NCBI GenBank assembly: GCA_021324545.1
Contig: JAJPIX010000036.1
Coordinates: forward strand, 1,249 to 65,248
Length of the DNA: 64,000 nt
Direction of reading: 5' to 3'
DNA from: Alphaproteobacteria bacterium
GTDB taxonomy: Bacteria; Pseudomonadota; Alphaproteobacteria; Micropepsales; Micropepsaceae
Under the pieces are notes generated by a model, which saw only the letters and a program-made list of their open reading frames with translations, had not been told where the DNA came from and made no database searches. Position 1 is the stretch's first letter. Each line of letters opens with the position of its first letter. Position numbers and translations under genes: made by a program. This document shows, piece after piece, positions 37,151 through 46,246 of this stretch.

Positions 37151-37909
37151 ATGGCGCGGGCATTCACCAAAAAGGACATCGAGACTTTTTTTGCGCGACT
37201 GGCGGCGCACATGCCCTCGCCGCGCACCGAGCTTGACTACATCAATCCCTACACGCTGCTTGTCGCGGTGGTGCTGTCGGCGCAGGCGACCGACAAAAGC
37301 GTGAACCGGGCGACGGAGCCGCTGTTCAGGATCGCCGACACGCCGGAAAAAATGATCCGGCTCGGCGAACGCAGGCTGATCGGCTTCATCAGGACGATCG
37401 GGCTTTACCGCACCAAGGCGAAAAACGTGATCGCGCTGTCCCGCGCGCTGATCGAACGTCACGGCGGGCAGGTGCCGCACAGCCGCGAGGACCTGCAGGC
37501 GCTGCCGGGCGTCGGCCGAAAGAGCGCAAATGTGGTTCTCAACGTGGCGTTCAATGAACCCACCATCGCGGTGGACACGCATGTCTTTCGCGTTGCCAAC
37601 CGCACGGGGATCGCGCCGGGCAAGACGCCGCTGGATGTGGAACAGGGGCTTGAGAGGACGGTGCCGGAAAAATACCGGCTCAATGCGCATCACTGGCTCA
37701 TCCTGCACGGCCGCTATACCTGCACGGCGCGAAAGCCGCTGTGTCCTGTCTGCGTGGTGCGCGACCTGTGCCGCTATCCGGACAAGACCCGCGAAGGCGG
37801 GCCCACGCCTAGCTCGTCTTCGGCGCGCGCGGCTGCAAAGCGGCAAGGCAGGCCGGGTCCGCGCTCGCCGCGGCCCCGTGCGGCAGCGTCTCGACGCGGC
37901 TCACGCTGA
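37151..37909 (+). CDS. nth: endonuclease III
   Basis: HhH-GPD motif LQALPGVGRKSANVVL, catalytic D in IAVDTHV, and [4Fe-4S] loop CTARKPLCPVCVVRDLC. Carries a roughly 39-residue basic C-terminal extension. Confidence 0.9.
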   Translation: MARAFTKKDIETFFARLAAHMPSPRTELDYINPYTLLVAVVLSAQATDKSVNRATEPLFRIADTPEKMIRLGERRLIGFIRTIGLYRTKAKNVIALSRALIERHGGQVPHSREDLQALPGVGRKSANVVLNVAFNEPTIAVDTHVFRVANRTGIAPGKTPLDVEQGLERTVPEKYRLNAHHWLILHGRYTCTARKPLCPVCVVRDLCRYPDKTREGGPTPSSSSARAAAKRQGRPGPRSPRPRAAASRRGSR

Positions 37910-38144
37910 GCGCATTGCCGTTGGCATAGAGAAAGAAAAAGGCGCGGCAGCTTGCGCCGTCATAGCGCCAGATCTGCGCCGTGCCGTCCTTGCGCACGAA
38001 GGACGGCGTGCCGAACGCGGCTTTCACTTGTGCATCGCTCATCCCCGTGAGGCCGGATGTGTCCACGGGGCCGGGCCCGCGCGTTCCCGGCGCCGTACAG
38101 GCCGCAAGGACAAGGCAGGCAAGGGGAATCGAAAGGCGTTTCAT
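37809..38144 (-). CDS. small lipoprotein, unknown function
   Basis: 111 codons with lipobox LAAC|T and ATGA overlap with the upstream EI24-like gene. Its 3' end overlaps the nth tail by 101 bp. Confidence 0.55.
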   Translation of the reverse strand: MKRLSIPLACLVLAACTAPGTRGPGPVDTSGLTGMSDAQVKAAFGTPSFVRKDGTAQIWRYDGASCRAFFFLYANGNALSVSRVETLPHGAAASADPACLAALQPRAPKTS

Positions 38145-38815
38145 GCCGGATGTTCCAGCCGCTGGCAGCGAATGAATTCATGCGCCATGAAGGCCGAGGC
38201 GAACAAGGGCGAAATGAGGTTGACAAGCGGAATGGCCGCCACAACCGAAATCAGGAGGCCCGCGCCAAAGACCTGCGGGCGCCGGCGCCGGCGCATTGCA
38301 TCGGCGTCCCCGACAGCCATGTGCCGAAGCGCCGAGAGCTCGAAATATTCCCGGCCCAGAAGCCAGCCGTCCACCATCAGCGCGATCGCCGTGCCCATGA
38401 CCGGCAGGAAAATGTGAAGCGGCAGAAGCAGCAGGCTGAAAAGAAAAATCCAGAAAGTCAGCCGCAAGCCGGCCCACAGCCCCTCGAAGAACGGAATGTT
38501 GTGGCCATGCAGACCGGGCGGATAGGATTTCCTCTCCACGGCCGAGGCGATTTCATCCAGGAAAAACGTGCCCATGAGCGCGGCCACCGGCGCGCCCAGA
38601 ACGGCAAGAAGCAGCACGAACAGGACCGGCAGAAGCCATTCCAGAAGAACATTCACCCAATGCCAGCCGAGCGTGGGCAGATGCGCGATGGCTGTTTCGA
38701 CGCCGGCAAAAAGCGCGGCGAAGAAAAAAAGCGTCAGCAACGCCGATTTCAGCAGCACGCCCCGGAAGGCCGGATCGAAGACAATCTTGAGCGCCGCCAG
38801 CGCGCTTGCGAACAT
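38141..38815 (-). CDS. EI24/CysZ-family membrane protein
   Basis: 224 codons with 4-5 TM helices and YFELSALRH...PLVNLISPLF pattern. Confidence 0.65.
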   Translation of the reverse strand: MFASALAALKIVFDPAFRGVLLKSALLTLFFFAALFAGVETAIAHLPTLGWHWVNVLLEWLLPVLFVLLLAVLGAPVAALMGTFFLDEIASAVERKSYPPGLHGHNIPFFEGLWAGLRLTFWIFLFSLLLLPLHIFLPVMGTAIALMVDGWLLGREYFELSALRHMAVGDADAMRRRRRPQVFGAGLLISVVAAIPLVNLISPLFASAFMAHEFIRCQRLEHPA

Positions 38816-38862
38816 CGGGATCGTCCTCTATCGAAAGCCGGGCCGAAGATCAGGGGCACCCC

Positions 38863-39852
38863 ATGATTAGGTACGACGTCACGGGCATGGGCAATGCCAT
38901 TGTGGATGTGATCGCAGGCGTTGACGACAAATTCCTGCTCGATCATGCCATCGCCAAGAATGTGATGACGCTGGTCGATGAATACCGCGCGGCCGAGCTC
39001 TATGCGAAGCTTCCGTCGCCGCGCGAGATCGCGGGCGGATCGGCGGCCAATACCATGGCGGCGCTGGCGTCGTTGGGCGGCAACGGTCTTTTCATCGGCA
39101 AGGTGAAACAGGATCGCCTGGGCCGCAGCTTTGCGCAAAGCATGAAGGATTCCCGGATCGATTTCGAAACCGCCATGGCGAAGGACGGGCCTTCCACCGC
39201 CTGTTGCCTGATTGCGGTGACGCCCGACGGCCACCGCAGCATGAACACCTATCTCGGCGCCAGCCGCGAGCTTGCGCCCGACGACATTGATGAGAAGAAA
39301 ATCGCCGCCTCGGCGGTGCTTTACATCGAAGGCTACCTCTGGGATGCGCCGCAGGCGAAAGCGGCCATTACGAAGGCGATGAAGGCGGCCAGGCGCGCCG
39401 GCACGAAAGTGGCCTTCACGCTGTCGGATCCCTTCTGCGTGGGGCGTTATCGGGAAGAGTTCATGGCGCTGTTGCGCAACGATCTCGATATCCTGTTCGC
39501 CAACGAAGAAGAAGCCAAGGCGCTGTTCGAGGTGGAGGATTTCGACCGCGTGTTCCAGGCGCTGAGGCCATGGGCGGGCGTGGCGGCGCTGACCCGCAGC
39601 GAAAAGGGCTGCGTGGTGGTCAAGGACGAGGACGTGCATGTGCTGGACGCGGTGCCCGCCAGGGTGGTGGACACCACGGGCGCAGGCGATGCCTTCGCGG
39701 CCGGATTCCTGTTCGGGCTGACGCACGGAAAACATCTGGCCGATTGCGGACGGCTGGGCGCGCTTGCCGCCAGCGAAGTGATCTCGCATTACGGCGCCCG
39801 GCCGGAACTTTCGCTCCGCAAACTGGCATCCGAGGCGAATCTGCTTCCATAA
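38863..39852 (+). CDS. PfkB-family kinase (adenosine kinase-like)
   Basis: 329 codons from ATG 38863. GMGNAIVDV N-terminus and DTTGAGDAFAAGF nucleotide-binding motif. Confidence 0.8.
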   Translation: MIRYDVTGMGNAIVDVIAGVDDKFLLDHAIAKNVMTLVDEYRAAELYAKLPSPREIAGGSAANTMAALASLGGNGLFIGKVKQDRLGRSFAQSMKDSRIDFETAMAKDGPSTACCLIAVTPDGHRSMNTYLGASRELAPDDIDEKKIAASAVLYIEGYLWDAPQAKAAITKAMKAARRAGTKVAFTLSDPFCVGRYREEFMALLRNDLDILFANEEEAKALFEVEDFDRVFQALRPWAGVAALTRSEKGCVVVKDEDVHVLDAVPARVVDTTGAGDAFAAGFLFGLTHGKHLADCGRLGALAASEVISHYGARPELSLRKLASEANLLP

Positions 39853-39928
39853 GTGCCTCATATTGCAGGATGATTCTTTGGGCTGCACAAACTAAACCTA
39901 AATCAGCAGTTTTTTCCCTTATTTTGCC

Positions 39929-39956
39929 TTGACAGGGCCCATATTCCTGTTATACT
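39929..39956 (+). promoter_or_regulatory. near-consensus sigma70-type promoter with no plus-strand gene downstream
   Basis: TTGACA (39929-39934), 16-nt spacer, TATACT (39951-39956). It sits in an AT-richer convergent intergenic region and points antisense into yjbQ. Confidence 0.45.
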
Positions 39957-39989
39957 GCCCAAATCTCCCGAATTGCGGCCTGATTTGCG

Positions 39990-40410
39990 CTACTCCCCGA
40001 TCGCATGCAGCAGCACGCGGCGGCTGTGCGGCGCGTCGCGATGCTTCGAACAGATAGAGCGCCTGCCAGGTGCCGAGCGCGGGCGCCCCGCCGGCCACCG
40101 GAATCGAAAGCGACGTCTGGGTCAGCATGGAACGGATATGCGAGGGCATGTCGTCGGGGCCTTCCGCATCGTGGCGGTAAAGCCCGGGATCGCGCGACAC
40201 CGCCCGCCGCAGGAAATCTTCCAGATCGGCCAGCACATCGGGATCGGCGTTTTCCTGAATCAGGAGCGATGCGGACGTATGCGGGATGAAACAGGTCAGA
40301 AGCCCGGTTGTGATGTTCGCCTCGCGCAGGAACTGTGCGGCCGCGGCGGTGAAATCGTAACAGCCCGGGCCCTTCGTCTTGATCTCCAGCGTGGTGGTGT
40401 GCTGCTTCAT
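39990..40410 (-). pseudogene. yjbQ: YjbQ-family (secondary thiamine-phosphate synthase-like) gene with a +1 frame disruption near 40044
   Basis: ORF 39919..40410 matches YjbQ up to ...GTWQALYLFE, then turns into ASRRAAQPPRAAACDR... Skipping one base (minus strand TTCGAA-G-CATCGC) restores HRDAPHSRRVLLHAIGE-stop (TAG 39990-39992), a typical YjbQ C-terminus. 421 nt = 140 codons + 1. Confidence 0.6.
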
Positions 40411-40919
40411 GGCCGCTTCTTCCGCACATAGACATATAACGCGCCGGCGCCGCCGTGGCGGCGATGGGCCTCATCCGTCCTGGCGACAAAGCGCGCCAGA
40501 TCCGGTTCGGCGAGCCAGCGCGGCACAAGCGTGCGCAACACGCCGCGCGACCGGGCCACCAGCTCCAGGTCGAACGGCTTGTCGCCGGGCAAGGGCCTTC
40601 CCTTGCCGGTGACTACGAGCAGAAGCCGCAAGCCCCGCGCATGGGCGCCGCGCACGAAAGTGACAAGCGCGCGATAGGCCTGGGCTTCGGTCAGCCCGTG
40701 CAGATCGAGCCTGGCACCCGGCTCGAGCTTGCCGCGCTTCAGCCTGAGCGCGGTTGCGCCATCGACGCCGGTTGGCGCGGGCATCGCGGAAACGATGCGC
40801 TTTGCGGCTTTCTTTTCCGGCGCGGCAACGGGCTTTCTTTTCGCGAGTCTGGATTTGCGCGCGCCCACGGCCTGTTCGAACAGCGCGCGCTCTTCGTCGG
40901 TGGTCTGCCGGCGCGTCAT
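40407..40919 (-). CDS. Smr/MutS2-C domain protein
   Basis: 170 codons. LDLHGLTEAQAYRAL...LLLVVTGKG Smr motif. ATGA overlaps with mltA and yjbQ. Confidence 0.8.
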   Translation of the reverse strand: MTRRQTTDEERALFEQAVGARKSRLAKRKPVAAPEKKAAKRIVSAMPAPTGVDGATALRLKRGKLEPGARLDLHGLTEAQAYRALVTFVRGAHARGLRLLLVVTGKGRPLPGDKPFDLELVARSRGVLRTLVPRWLAEPDLARFVARTDEAHRRHGGAGALYVYVRKKRP

Positions 40920-42154
40920 TTTCCGTATCCCGGAAAATCCCGCGCCTTGCCCAGATGCGCGGCAACCGGCCGGGGCAACAGCACATAAAGCGTGCCGTCC
41001 GATTTCGTGCGGCCGGCGACGCGTTCTGCCTTCGCGCCGAAGCCGAAAAAGATGTCGCCGCGCACGGGCCCGCTGATCGCGCCCCCGGTGTCCTGGGCGA
41101 TCAGCAGATGGCGGAACGGATGGTCCGGCCTGTTCATGTCGGCATCGGGCAGGCTGGCGGCCACAAAAAAGGGAGCGCCCAGCGCATGAAGACGTGCATC
41201 CACCGCAAGGCTTGCGCGCGGCGTAAGCGGCACGCCTTGCGCGCCTTTGGCGCCCAGCGCGGGATCGCCGATGGGTTCGGTTTTGAAGAATACGAAAGAC
41301 TGATCGCGTTCCATCACTGCGCGCGCGTCCCCGGGATGCGCCAGCAGCCATTTGCGGATCGCCTGCATGGACATGCCCTCGCGCGAAAGGCCCCGCTCGA
41401 TCAGCACCCGGCCGATGGGCGTGTAGGGCCGTCCGTTCTGGCCGGCATAGGCCACGCGCTCCATCGTGCCGTCATCGAGCCTCACACGGCCCGAACCCTG
41501 GATGTGCAGAAAGAACACCGCAATCGGATCGTCCGCATAAAAAAGGATCCTGGCGTGCGGCAGGCCGTTGGCATCGATGTCCGCGCGGGCCGGATAGGGC
41601 ACGAGCGTGCTGCCGCGCAGAAGGCCGACCAGCGTCCTGTTCGCGACATCGATGTGAAAAAGGCCGAGATCCACCGTGATGAGATCATCCGGCAGGCCAT
41701 AGACCGGCGTCTGGAATTTTCCGTGCCGCGTCGTGCTTCCGCTCAGCTCCGGTTCGTAATAGCCGGTGAACAGACCCTCCGTCCGGCCGCCTGCGCTCAC
41801 CTGATAAGGGACAAAGCGGCGTTCGAAAAACGCCCGCGCCTGCGCCCTGTTGGCCGCGGCGGGCAGGGTTGCGCAGACATTGCGCCAGTCGGCGACGCTT
41901 CCTGCATAAACGCCGGTCATTTCCTGGGCCGGCGATTTTTCCTGAAGCGCGGCACAAGACCGGCGCAGGGCCGAAAGCGCATCGCGCGGATCATCATCCC
42001 TCCAGCCGGGCATGTCCGAAAAACGCACGGCGGAAAGCCGCAGCGGCCCCGCCGACGGACGCGTGAGGTAAATCCACAGGATGCCGCCCGCAAGCAGGAC
42101 AAGCGCAGACAGAATCAGAACAAGCGGAAGGCCGGAACGGCGCCTGCTGGACAA
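40916..42154 (-). CDS. mltA: murein transglycosylase A
   Basis: 412 codons with an N-terminal membrane anchor, MltA/3D-domain motifs (FTGYYEP, FFLHIQGSGR, AQDTGGAI). Apparent TTG start. Confidence 0.85.
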   Translation of the reverse strand: MSSRRRSGLPLVLILSALVLLAGGILWIYLTRPSAGPLRLSAVRFSDMPGWRDDDPRDALSALRRSCAALQEKSPAQEMTGVYAGSVADWRNVCATLPAAANRAQARAFFERRFVPYQVSAGGRTEGLFTGYYEPELSGSTTRHGKFQTPVYGLPDDLITVDLGLFHIDVANRTLVGLLRGSTLVPYPARADIDANGLPHARILFYADDPIAVFFLHIQGSGRVRLDDGTMERVAYAGQNGRPYTPIGRVLIERGLSREGMSMQAIRKWLLAHPGDARAVMERDQSFVFFKTEPIGDPALGAKGAQGVPLTPRASLAVDARLHALGAPFFVAASLPDADMNRPDHPFRHLLIAQDTGGAISGPVRGDIFFGFGAKAERVAGRTKSDGTLYVLLPRPVAAHLGKARDFPGYGK

Positions 42155-42158
42155 GGCC

Positions 42159-42845
42159 TTAGGTTTCGCCGCCGCCGGAGGTGGCGATCAGGATCCAGTT
42201 GGGATCCTGCGCGCGAACATCGCGGCCGAAGGTCCATACATCGTTGACTTCGCGCACCGCTTTGGCGTCGCCTTCCACGACCTTGCCGTCTTGGCTGGTC
42301 GTGGCGGAGATGAACTGGGCGTCAAAGCTCACCGTGATTTCCGCCGTCTGGCCCTTGAGCGCCGCGTGCACGATGCGCGCGTCTTTCAGGCCGACAAATG
42401 TGTAGGACATGGATTGATGCTGCTGCTCGCGCGCGGCAATGCCGGATTCGAAGGCCGAAAAGACCTCTTCGCTCAGAAGGGGCTTGAGCGCCGAGCGGTC
42501 GCCCCTGGCAAATGCGGTCACGATCATCTCATAGGCCTTGCGCGCGCCCGACAGGAAGTGCGCGGTTTCGAATGTGCGGTCGGCGAGCTTGATATCGAGC
42601 AGCGCCCGGCCGACGGGATCGGACGGCGCATCCGCCCTGGCCGCACCGGCTGCGCGCGCGGGAAGGGGCACCACATTGCCGGCTTTTTCCGCGGGCCGCG
42701 CGCCTGAAGGCCCGCCGAAGCGCGACGAATCCTGCGGCGGCCGCTCATGGCCCGTGCGCCGGCCGAGCACCGAATAGAGCCGGAACAGGATGATCCCGGC
42801 CACCATGACGATGACCAGAATCTCAATCACTTGCGCATTCAACAT
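42159..42845 (-). CDS. Tim44-like domain protein
   Basis: 228 codons with an N-terminal TM helix and a C-terminal Tim44-like fold (FLSGARKAYEMIVTAFARGD...WTFGRD). Confidence 0.8.
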   Translation of the reverse strand: MLNAQVIEILVIVMVAGIILFRLYSVLGRRTGHERPPQDSSRFGGPSGARPAEKAGNVVPLPARAAGAARADAPSDPVGRALLDIKLADRTFETAHFLSGARKAYEMIVTAFARGDRSALKPLLSEEVFSAFESGIAAREQQHQSMSYTFVGLKDARIVHAALKGQTAEITVSFDAQFISATTSQDGKVVEGDAKAVREVNDVWTFGRDVRAQDPNWILIATSGGGET

Positions 42846-43024
42846 GGCGAGCTGGAACCTTTGGCGCTTCGCCGCGCCCTGTTCCTAAGCTAATGCCTGA
42901 GGTCGCCTGAATCCAGTCACCGGCGCGCGGGTTTTTGCGCGGCTTGCCGCCTTGGGGCGGCATCCGGCTTGTCATGGCGACGCCATTCATGTTAGCCCGC
43001 GCGCTCTTTTCGCGAAGGACGGCC

Positions 43025-43516
43025 ATGAGCGACCCGCAAAATCCCACCAACGGCATGGAGGGCGCGCCCCAGGCGCAGGTGCAGATTCTGGGTCAGTTCG
43101 TGAAGGACCTTTCCTTCGAAAACCCCGGCGCGATGAGCCCCATCACGTCGCGCCCGCAGATCGACATCAATGTGGACCTGCAGGCCAGACGGCTGGAATC
43201 GCCGCGCTATGAGGTGGACCTGAAGCTCAGGGTTCAGGCCAAAAGCGATGACAAGCCGCTCTTTCTGCTGGAGCTGGTCTATGCCGGAATCCTGGCGATC
43301 CAGAACGTTCCGGATGAATTCCTGCAGCAGGTGCTTCTGATTGACGTTCCGCACATGCTGTTTCCGTTTGCGCGGCGCATCATTGCCGATGTGGTGCGCG
43401 ACGGCGGCCTGCCGCCCATCATGCTGGAGCCGATCGATTTCGCCGGCATGTTCCAGGCGCGCATGGCCGAGCTCCAGAAACAGCAGCAGGGCGCGCCCGG
43501 CCCCACCGTCGTCTAA
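43025..43516 (+). CDS. secB: protein-export chaperone SecB
   Basis: 163 codons from ATG 43025. ILGQFVKDLSFENP...FLLELVYAGI...LLIDVPHMLFPFARRII. Confidence 0.9.
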   Translation: MSDPQNPTNGMEGAPQAQVQILGQFVKDLSFENPGAMSPITSRPQIDINVDLQARRLESPRYEVDLKLRVQAKSDDKPLFLLELVYAGILAIQNVPDEFLQQVLLIDVPHMLFPFARRIIADVVRDGGLPPIMLEPIDFAGMFQARMAELQKQQQGAPGPTVV

Positions 43517-44196
43517 AGCCAGTTCCACACGGGATTGTCGCCAAGCTCGCTTGCGACGAAGGCCGCATGCGCGTGCCGCTCGGATTCGAGAATTCGCGGC
43601 GCGAGCGGAACAGGACGCGCGCGCGCATGTCTTGCCTCGCCGGCCTCCATCCCCATGCCGTCGGCGGGGGCGAGCATCAGTCTGGTCTGGCGGCCGCCCA
43701 CCAGCTCCAGATAGACCTGCGCCAGAAGATGGGCGTCCAGAAGCGCGCCATGCTTCTCGCGCGCCGCGAGATCAATGGCGAACCGCCGGCACAGTTCATC
43801 GAGCGAGTATTTGGCGCCGGGGATTTTCGCCTTGGCGATCTCGATCGTGTCGATCGCGCGGGAGAAGGGTATGAGCGCGCGGTCGAGCCTTGCCAGTTCC
43901 GCATTCAGGAAGCGGATGTCGAAGCCCGCGTTATGGATGACAAGCGGCGCATCGCCCAGGAATTCCAGGAATTCGTCCGCGATCGCCGAAAACAGGGGCT
44001 TGTCGGCTAGAAATTCATCGGTGAGGCCGTGAATGACATCGGAGCCCGCAACCGGCCGCTCGGGATTGATGTAGCGCTGGAAGGTCAGGCCCGTGGGAAT
44101 GTGGTCGAACAGCTCCACGCAGCCGATTTCGACGATGCGGTGGCCGTCGCCGGGATCAAGGCCGGTGGTCTCGGTATCCAGGACGATCTCACGCAT
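43513..44196 (-). CDS. dnaQ: DNA polymerase III subunit epsilon
   Basis: Exo I IVLDTETTG, Exo II HNAGFD, Exo III HGALLDA. Start taken at MREIVLD; an ATG at 44226 is possible. Confidence 0.9.
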   Translation of the reverse strand: MREIVLDTETTGLDPGDGHRIVEIGCVELFDHIPTGLTFQRYINPERPVAGSDVIHGLTDEFLADKPLFSAIADEFLEFLGDAPLVIHNAGFDIRFLNAELARLDRALIPFSRAIDTIEIAKAKIPGAKYSLDELCRRFAIDLAAREKHGALLDAHLLAQVYLELVGGRQTRLMLAPADGMGMEAGEARHARARPVPLAPRILESERHAHAAFVASELGDNPVWNWL

Positions 44197-44818
44197 GATT
44201 CTTTTTTGCCGAGGCGCGGCGTTCATGCAAGGCCGCCACCACCTTCTTCACAGCTTCGAAGGCATGGTCGAGGCCCTTGTCGGTCTCGATGACGAAATGG
44301 GCCTTTGCGCGCTTTTCCGCATCGGGCATCTGGCGCGCCAGGATGTGATCGAGCTTGTCTTCGGTCATGCCTTCGCGGGCCAACACCCGCGCCCGCTGCA
44401 CGTCATGGGGCGCCGACACGACCACCACTGCGTCCATGCGGGCATGGCCGCCGCTTTCGAAGAGAAGCGGGATGTCGAGCACCACCATCTCCGCGCCGGC
44501 GGCGGCGGATTTTTCGAGGAAGGCTTGCTGTTCGCGCGCCACCAGCGGATGGACAATGGCTTCCAGCCGCCGAAGGGCGGCCCTGTCCGCCGTGACCGCC
44601 TGCGAAAGCGCCGCGCGGTCCACGCGGCCCCCGCGCACGGCGCCCGGAAAGGCCGCCGCGATGGCTTCCACCGCCGCCCCGCCCGGCTCGTACAGCGCAT
44701 GCACCGCCGCATCGGCGTCGTAAACGGGAATGCCAAGTCGGGCGAACATTTTCGCGGTTTCGGTTTTTCCCATGCCGATGGAGCCGGTGAGCCCCACCAG
44801 ATATGGCCGCTCAGCCAT
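44189..44818 (-). CDS. coaE: dephospho-CoA kinase
   Basis: P-loop GLTGSIGMGKT and IPLLFE motif. Confidence 0.9.
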   Translation of the reverse strand: MAERPYLVGLTGSIGMGKTETAKMFARLGIPVYDADAAVHALYEPGGAAVEAIAAAFPGAVRGGRVDRAALSQAVTADRAALRRLEAIVHPLVAREQQAFLEKSAAAGAEMVVLDIPLLFESGGHARMDAVVVVSAPHDVQRARVLAREGMTEDKLDHILARQMPDAEKRAKAHFVIETDKGLDHAFEAVKKVVAALHERRASAKKNHA

Positions 44819-45665
44819 GGCGCAGCGCCTTCTTGAGGGCATTGCGCAGCGCCGGCGTGACGGCAGGCGCCTCGCCGTAAAAAGCCGCGAACGCCGGCAC
44901 GGCCTGATGCATCAGCATGTCGAGCCCTTCGATGGTGCGGTGGCCAAGCGCGCGCGCCCCGCGCAGAAGCTCGGTTTCCAGGGGATTGTAAACGAGGTCG
45001 CAGACCACCGCATTCAGCGGCAGCGGTTCGAAGGCAAGGTCAAGCTTCTGCGCGCCGCTCATGCCGCCGCTGGTGGCGTTGATGAGAAGCGCAATGTTTT
45101 TTGCAGCCTTCGGCCATTCGTCCCACGAAAAGCCTTCCGCCTTCGGGCCGCCGCCGGCAAAGATTTGCGCAACGGCGCGGGCCCGTGCGGCATCGCGCGC
45201 CACCAGGCGGATGTCGGCGGCACCCAGTTGCGCACAGGCAAGCGCGGCGGCGCGCGCCGCGCCGCCCGCACCCAGAATGGCGACGCTCCTGCCGGAAAGC
45301 CCGTTGCGGCCGAGATCGCGGGAAAGGCTTGCGGCCAGCCCCGGAACATCGGTATTGCGCGCTTCGATTCCGTCCTCGTGAAACAGCAGGAGGTTGGCCG
45401 CCCCGGTCAGGCGCGCGGCTTCATCCACGCGGGCGGCAAGCGCAAAGGCCGCTTCCTTGTGCGGCAGCGTGACATTGACGCCCCGAAATCCTGCAAGCTT
45501 CAGCGCCGGGAGCACGAAACCAAAATCTTCCCGCCGCACGGCAAGCGAAATGTAGGCGCCGTCTATGCCGTGCGCGGTGAGCCAGAAATTGTGCAACACC
45601 GGTGACAGCGAATGGGCAATCGGCCATCCGATCACGCCGGCAAGCCTGGCAGCGCCGCTGATCAT
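44811..45665 (-). CDS. aroE: shikimate dehydrogenase
   Basis: GVIGWPIAHSLSPVLHN, NVTLPHK, and GAGGAARA NADP motif. ATGA overlap with maf. Confidence 0.9.
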   Translation of the reverse strand: MISGAARLAGVIGWPIAHSLSPVLHNFWLTAHGIDGAYISLAVRREDFGFVLPALKLAGFRGVNVTLPHKEAAFALAARVDEAARLTGAANLLLFHEDGIEARNTDVPGLAASLSRDLGRNGLSGRSVAILGAGGAARAAALACAQLGAADIRLVARDAARARAVAQIFAGGGPKAEGFSWDEWPKAAKNIALLINATSGGMSGAQKLDLAFEPLPLNAVVCDLVYNPLETELLRGARALGHRTIEGLDMLMHQAVPAFAAFYGEAPAVTPALRNALKKALRHG

Positions 45666-46246
45666 GATGCGATGACACCCTGTTCGCGCAACGCCCCAAG
45701 CACCGGCAGAAGCGGAAGCCCAAGGATCGAGAAATAGTCGCCCTCGATGCGGTCGAACAGCTGCACGCCCGACCCTTCCAGCCGGTATCCGCCCACCGAC
45801 GAAAGGAGCGTCTTTCCCTCGCGCGCAAGGTAATGCTCGAGAAACGCATCGCTGAAATGGCGCATGCAAAGGCTCGCTTCATCCCCATGGCGCCAGAGAA
45901 TGCTGCCGCCGCGGGCCAAAGCGGCGGCTGTCGCCAGCTTGTGACGCCGCCCGCGAAGCTTTTGCAGAAGCGCGGACAGCTCGCTCATGTCGCGCGATTT
46001 GCTCACATTCTCGCCTTCGAATTCCAGCACCTGATCGGCGCCGAGCACAAGGGCATCCGGATGGCGCGCAGAAACGGCAAGCGCCTTCTGGCCGGCAAGC
46101 TCGGCCGAAAGTTCCAGGGCGGAGAGGCGGCCTGCCTTCGCGCGTTCTTCGTCAATCTGCGCCGGGTCAATGGCGAATGGAACACCGGCGGCCCGCAATA
46201 GGGCGGCCCGCGCCGCACTCGCCGATGCGAGAACGAGCGCTGTCAC
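45662..46246 (-). CDS. maf: Maf-like nucleoside triphosphate pyrophosphatase
   Basis: LVLASASAARAALL...GADQV...GGYRLEG pattern. GTG start overlapping the upstream stop. Confidence 0.85.
   Translation of the reverse strand: MTALVLASASAARAALLRAAGVPFAIDPAQIDEERAKAGRLSALELSAELAGQKALAVSARHPDALVLGADQVLEFEGENVSKSRDMSELSALLQKLRGRRHKLATAAALARGGSILWRHGDEASLCMRHFSDAFLEHYLAREGKTLLSSVGGYRLEGSGVQLFDRIEGDYFSILGLPLLPVLGALREQGVIAS

Noticed and set aside
39973-40431. 152-codon plus-strand ORF downstream of the orphan promoter
   Set aside because: It is fully antisense to yjbQ, Arg/Gly-rich, with no SD and no motif. If the promoter is active, the product is more likely a non-coding antisense RNA.
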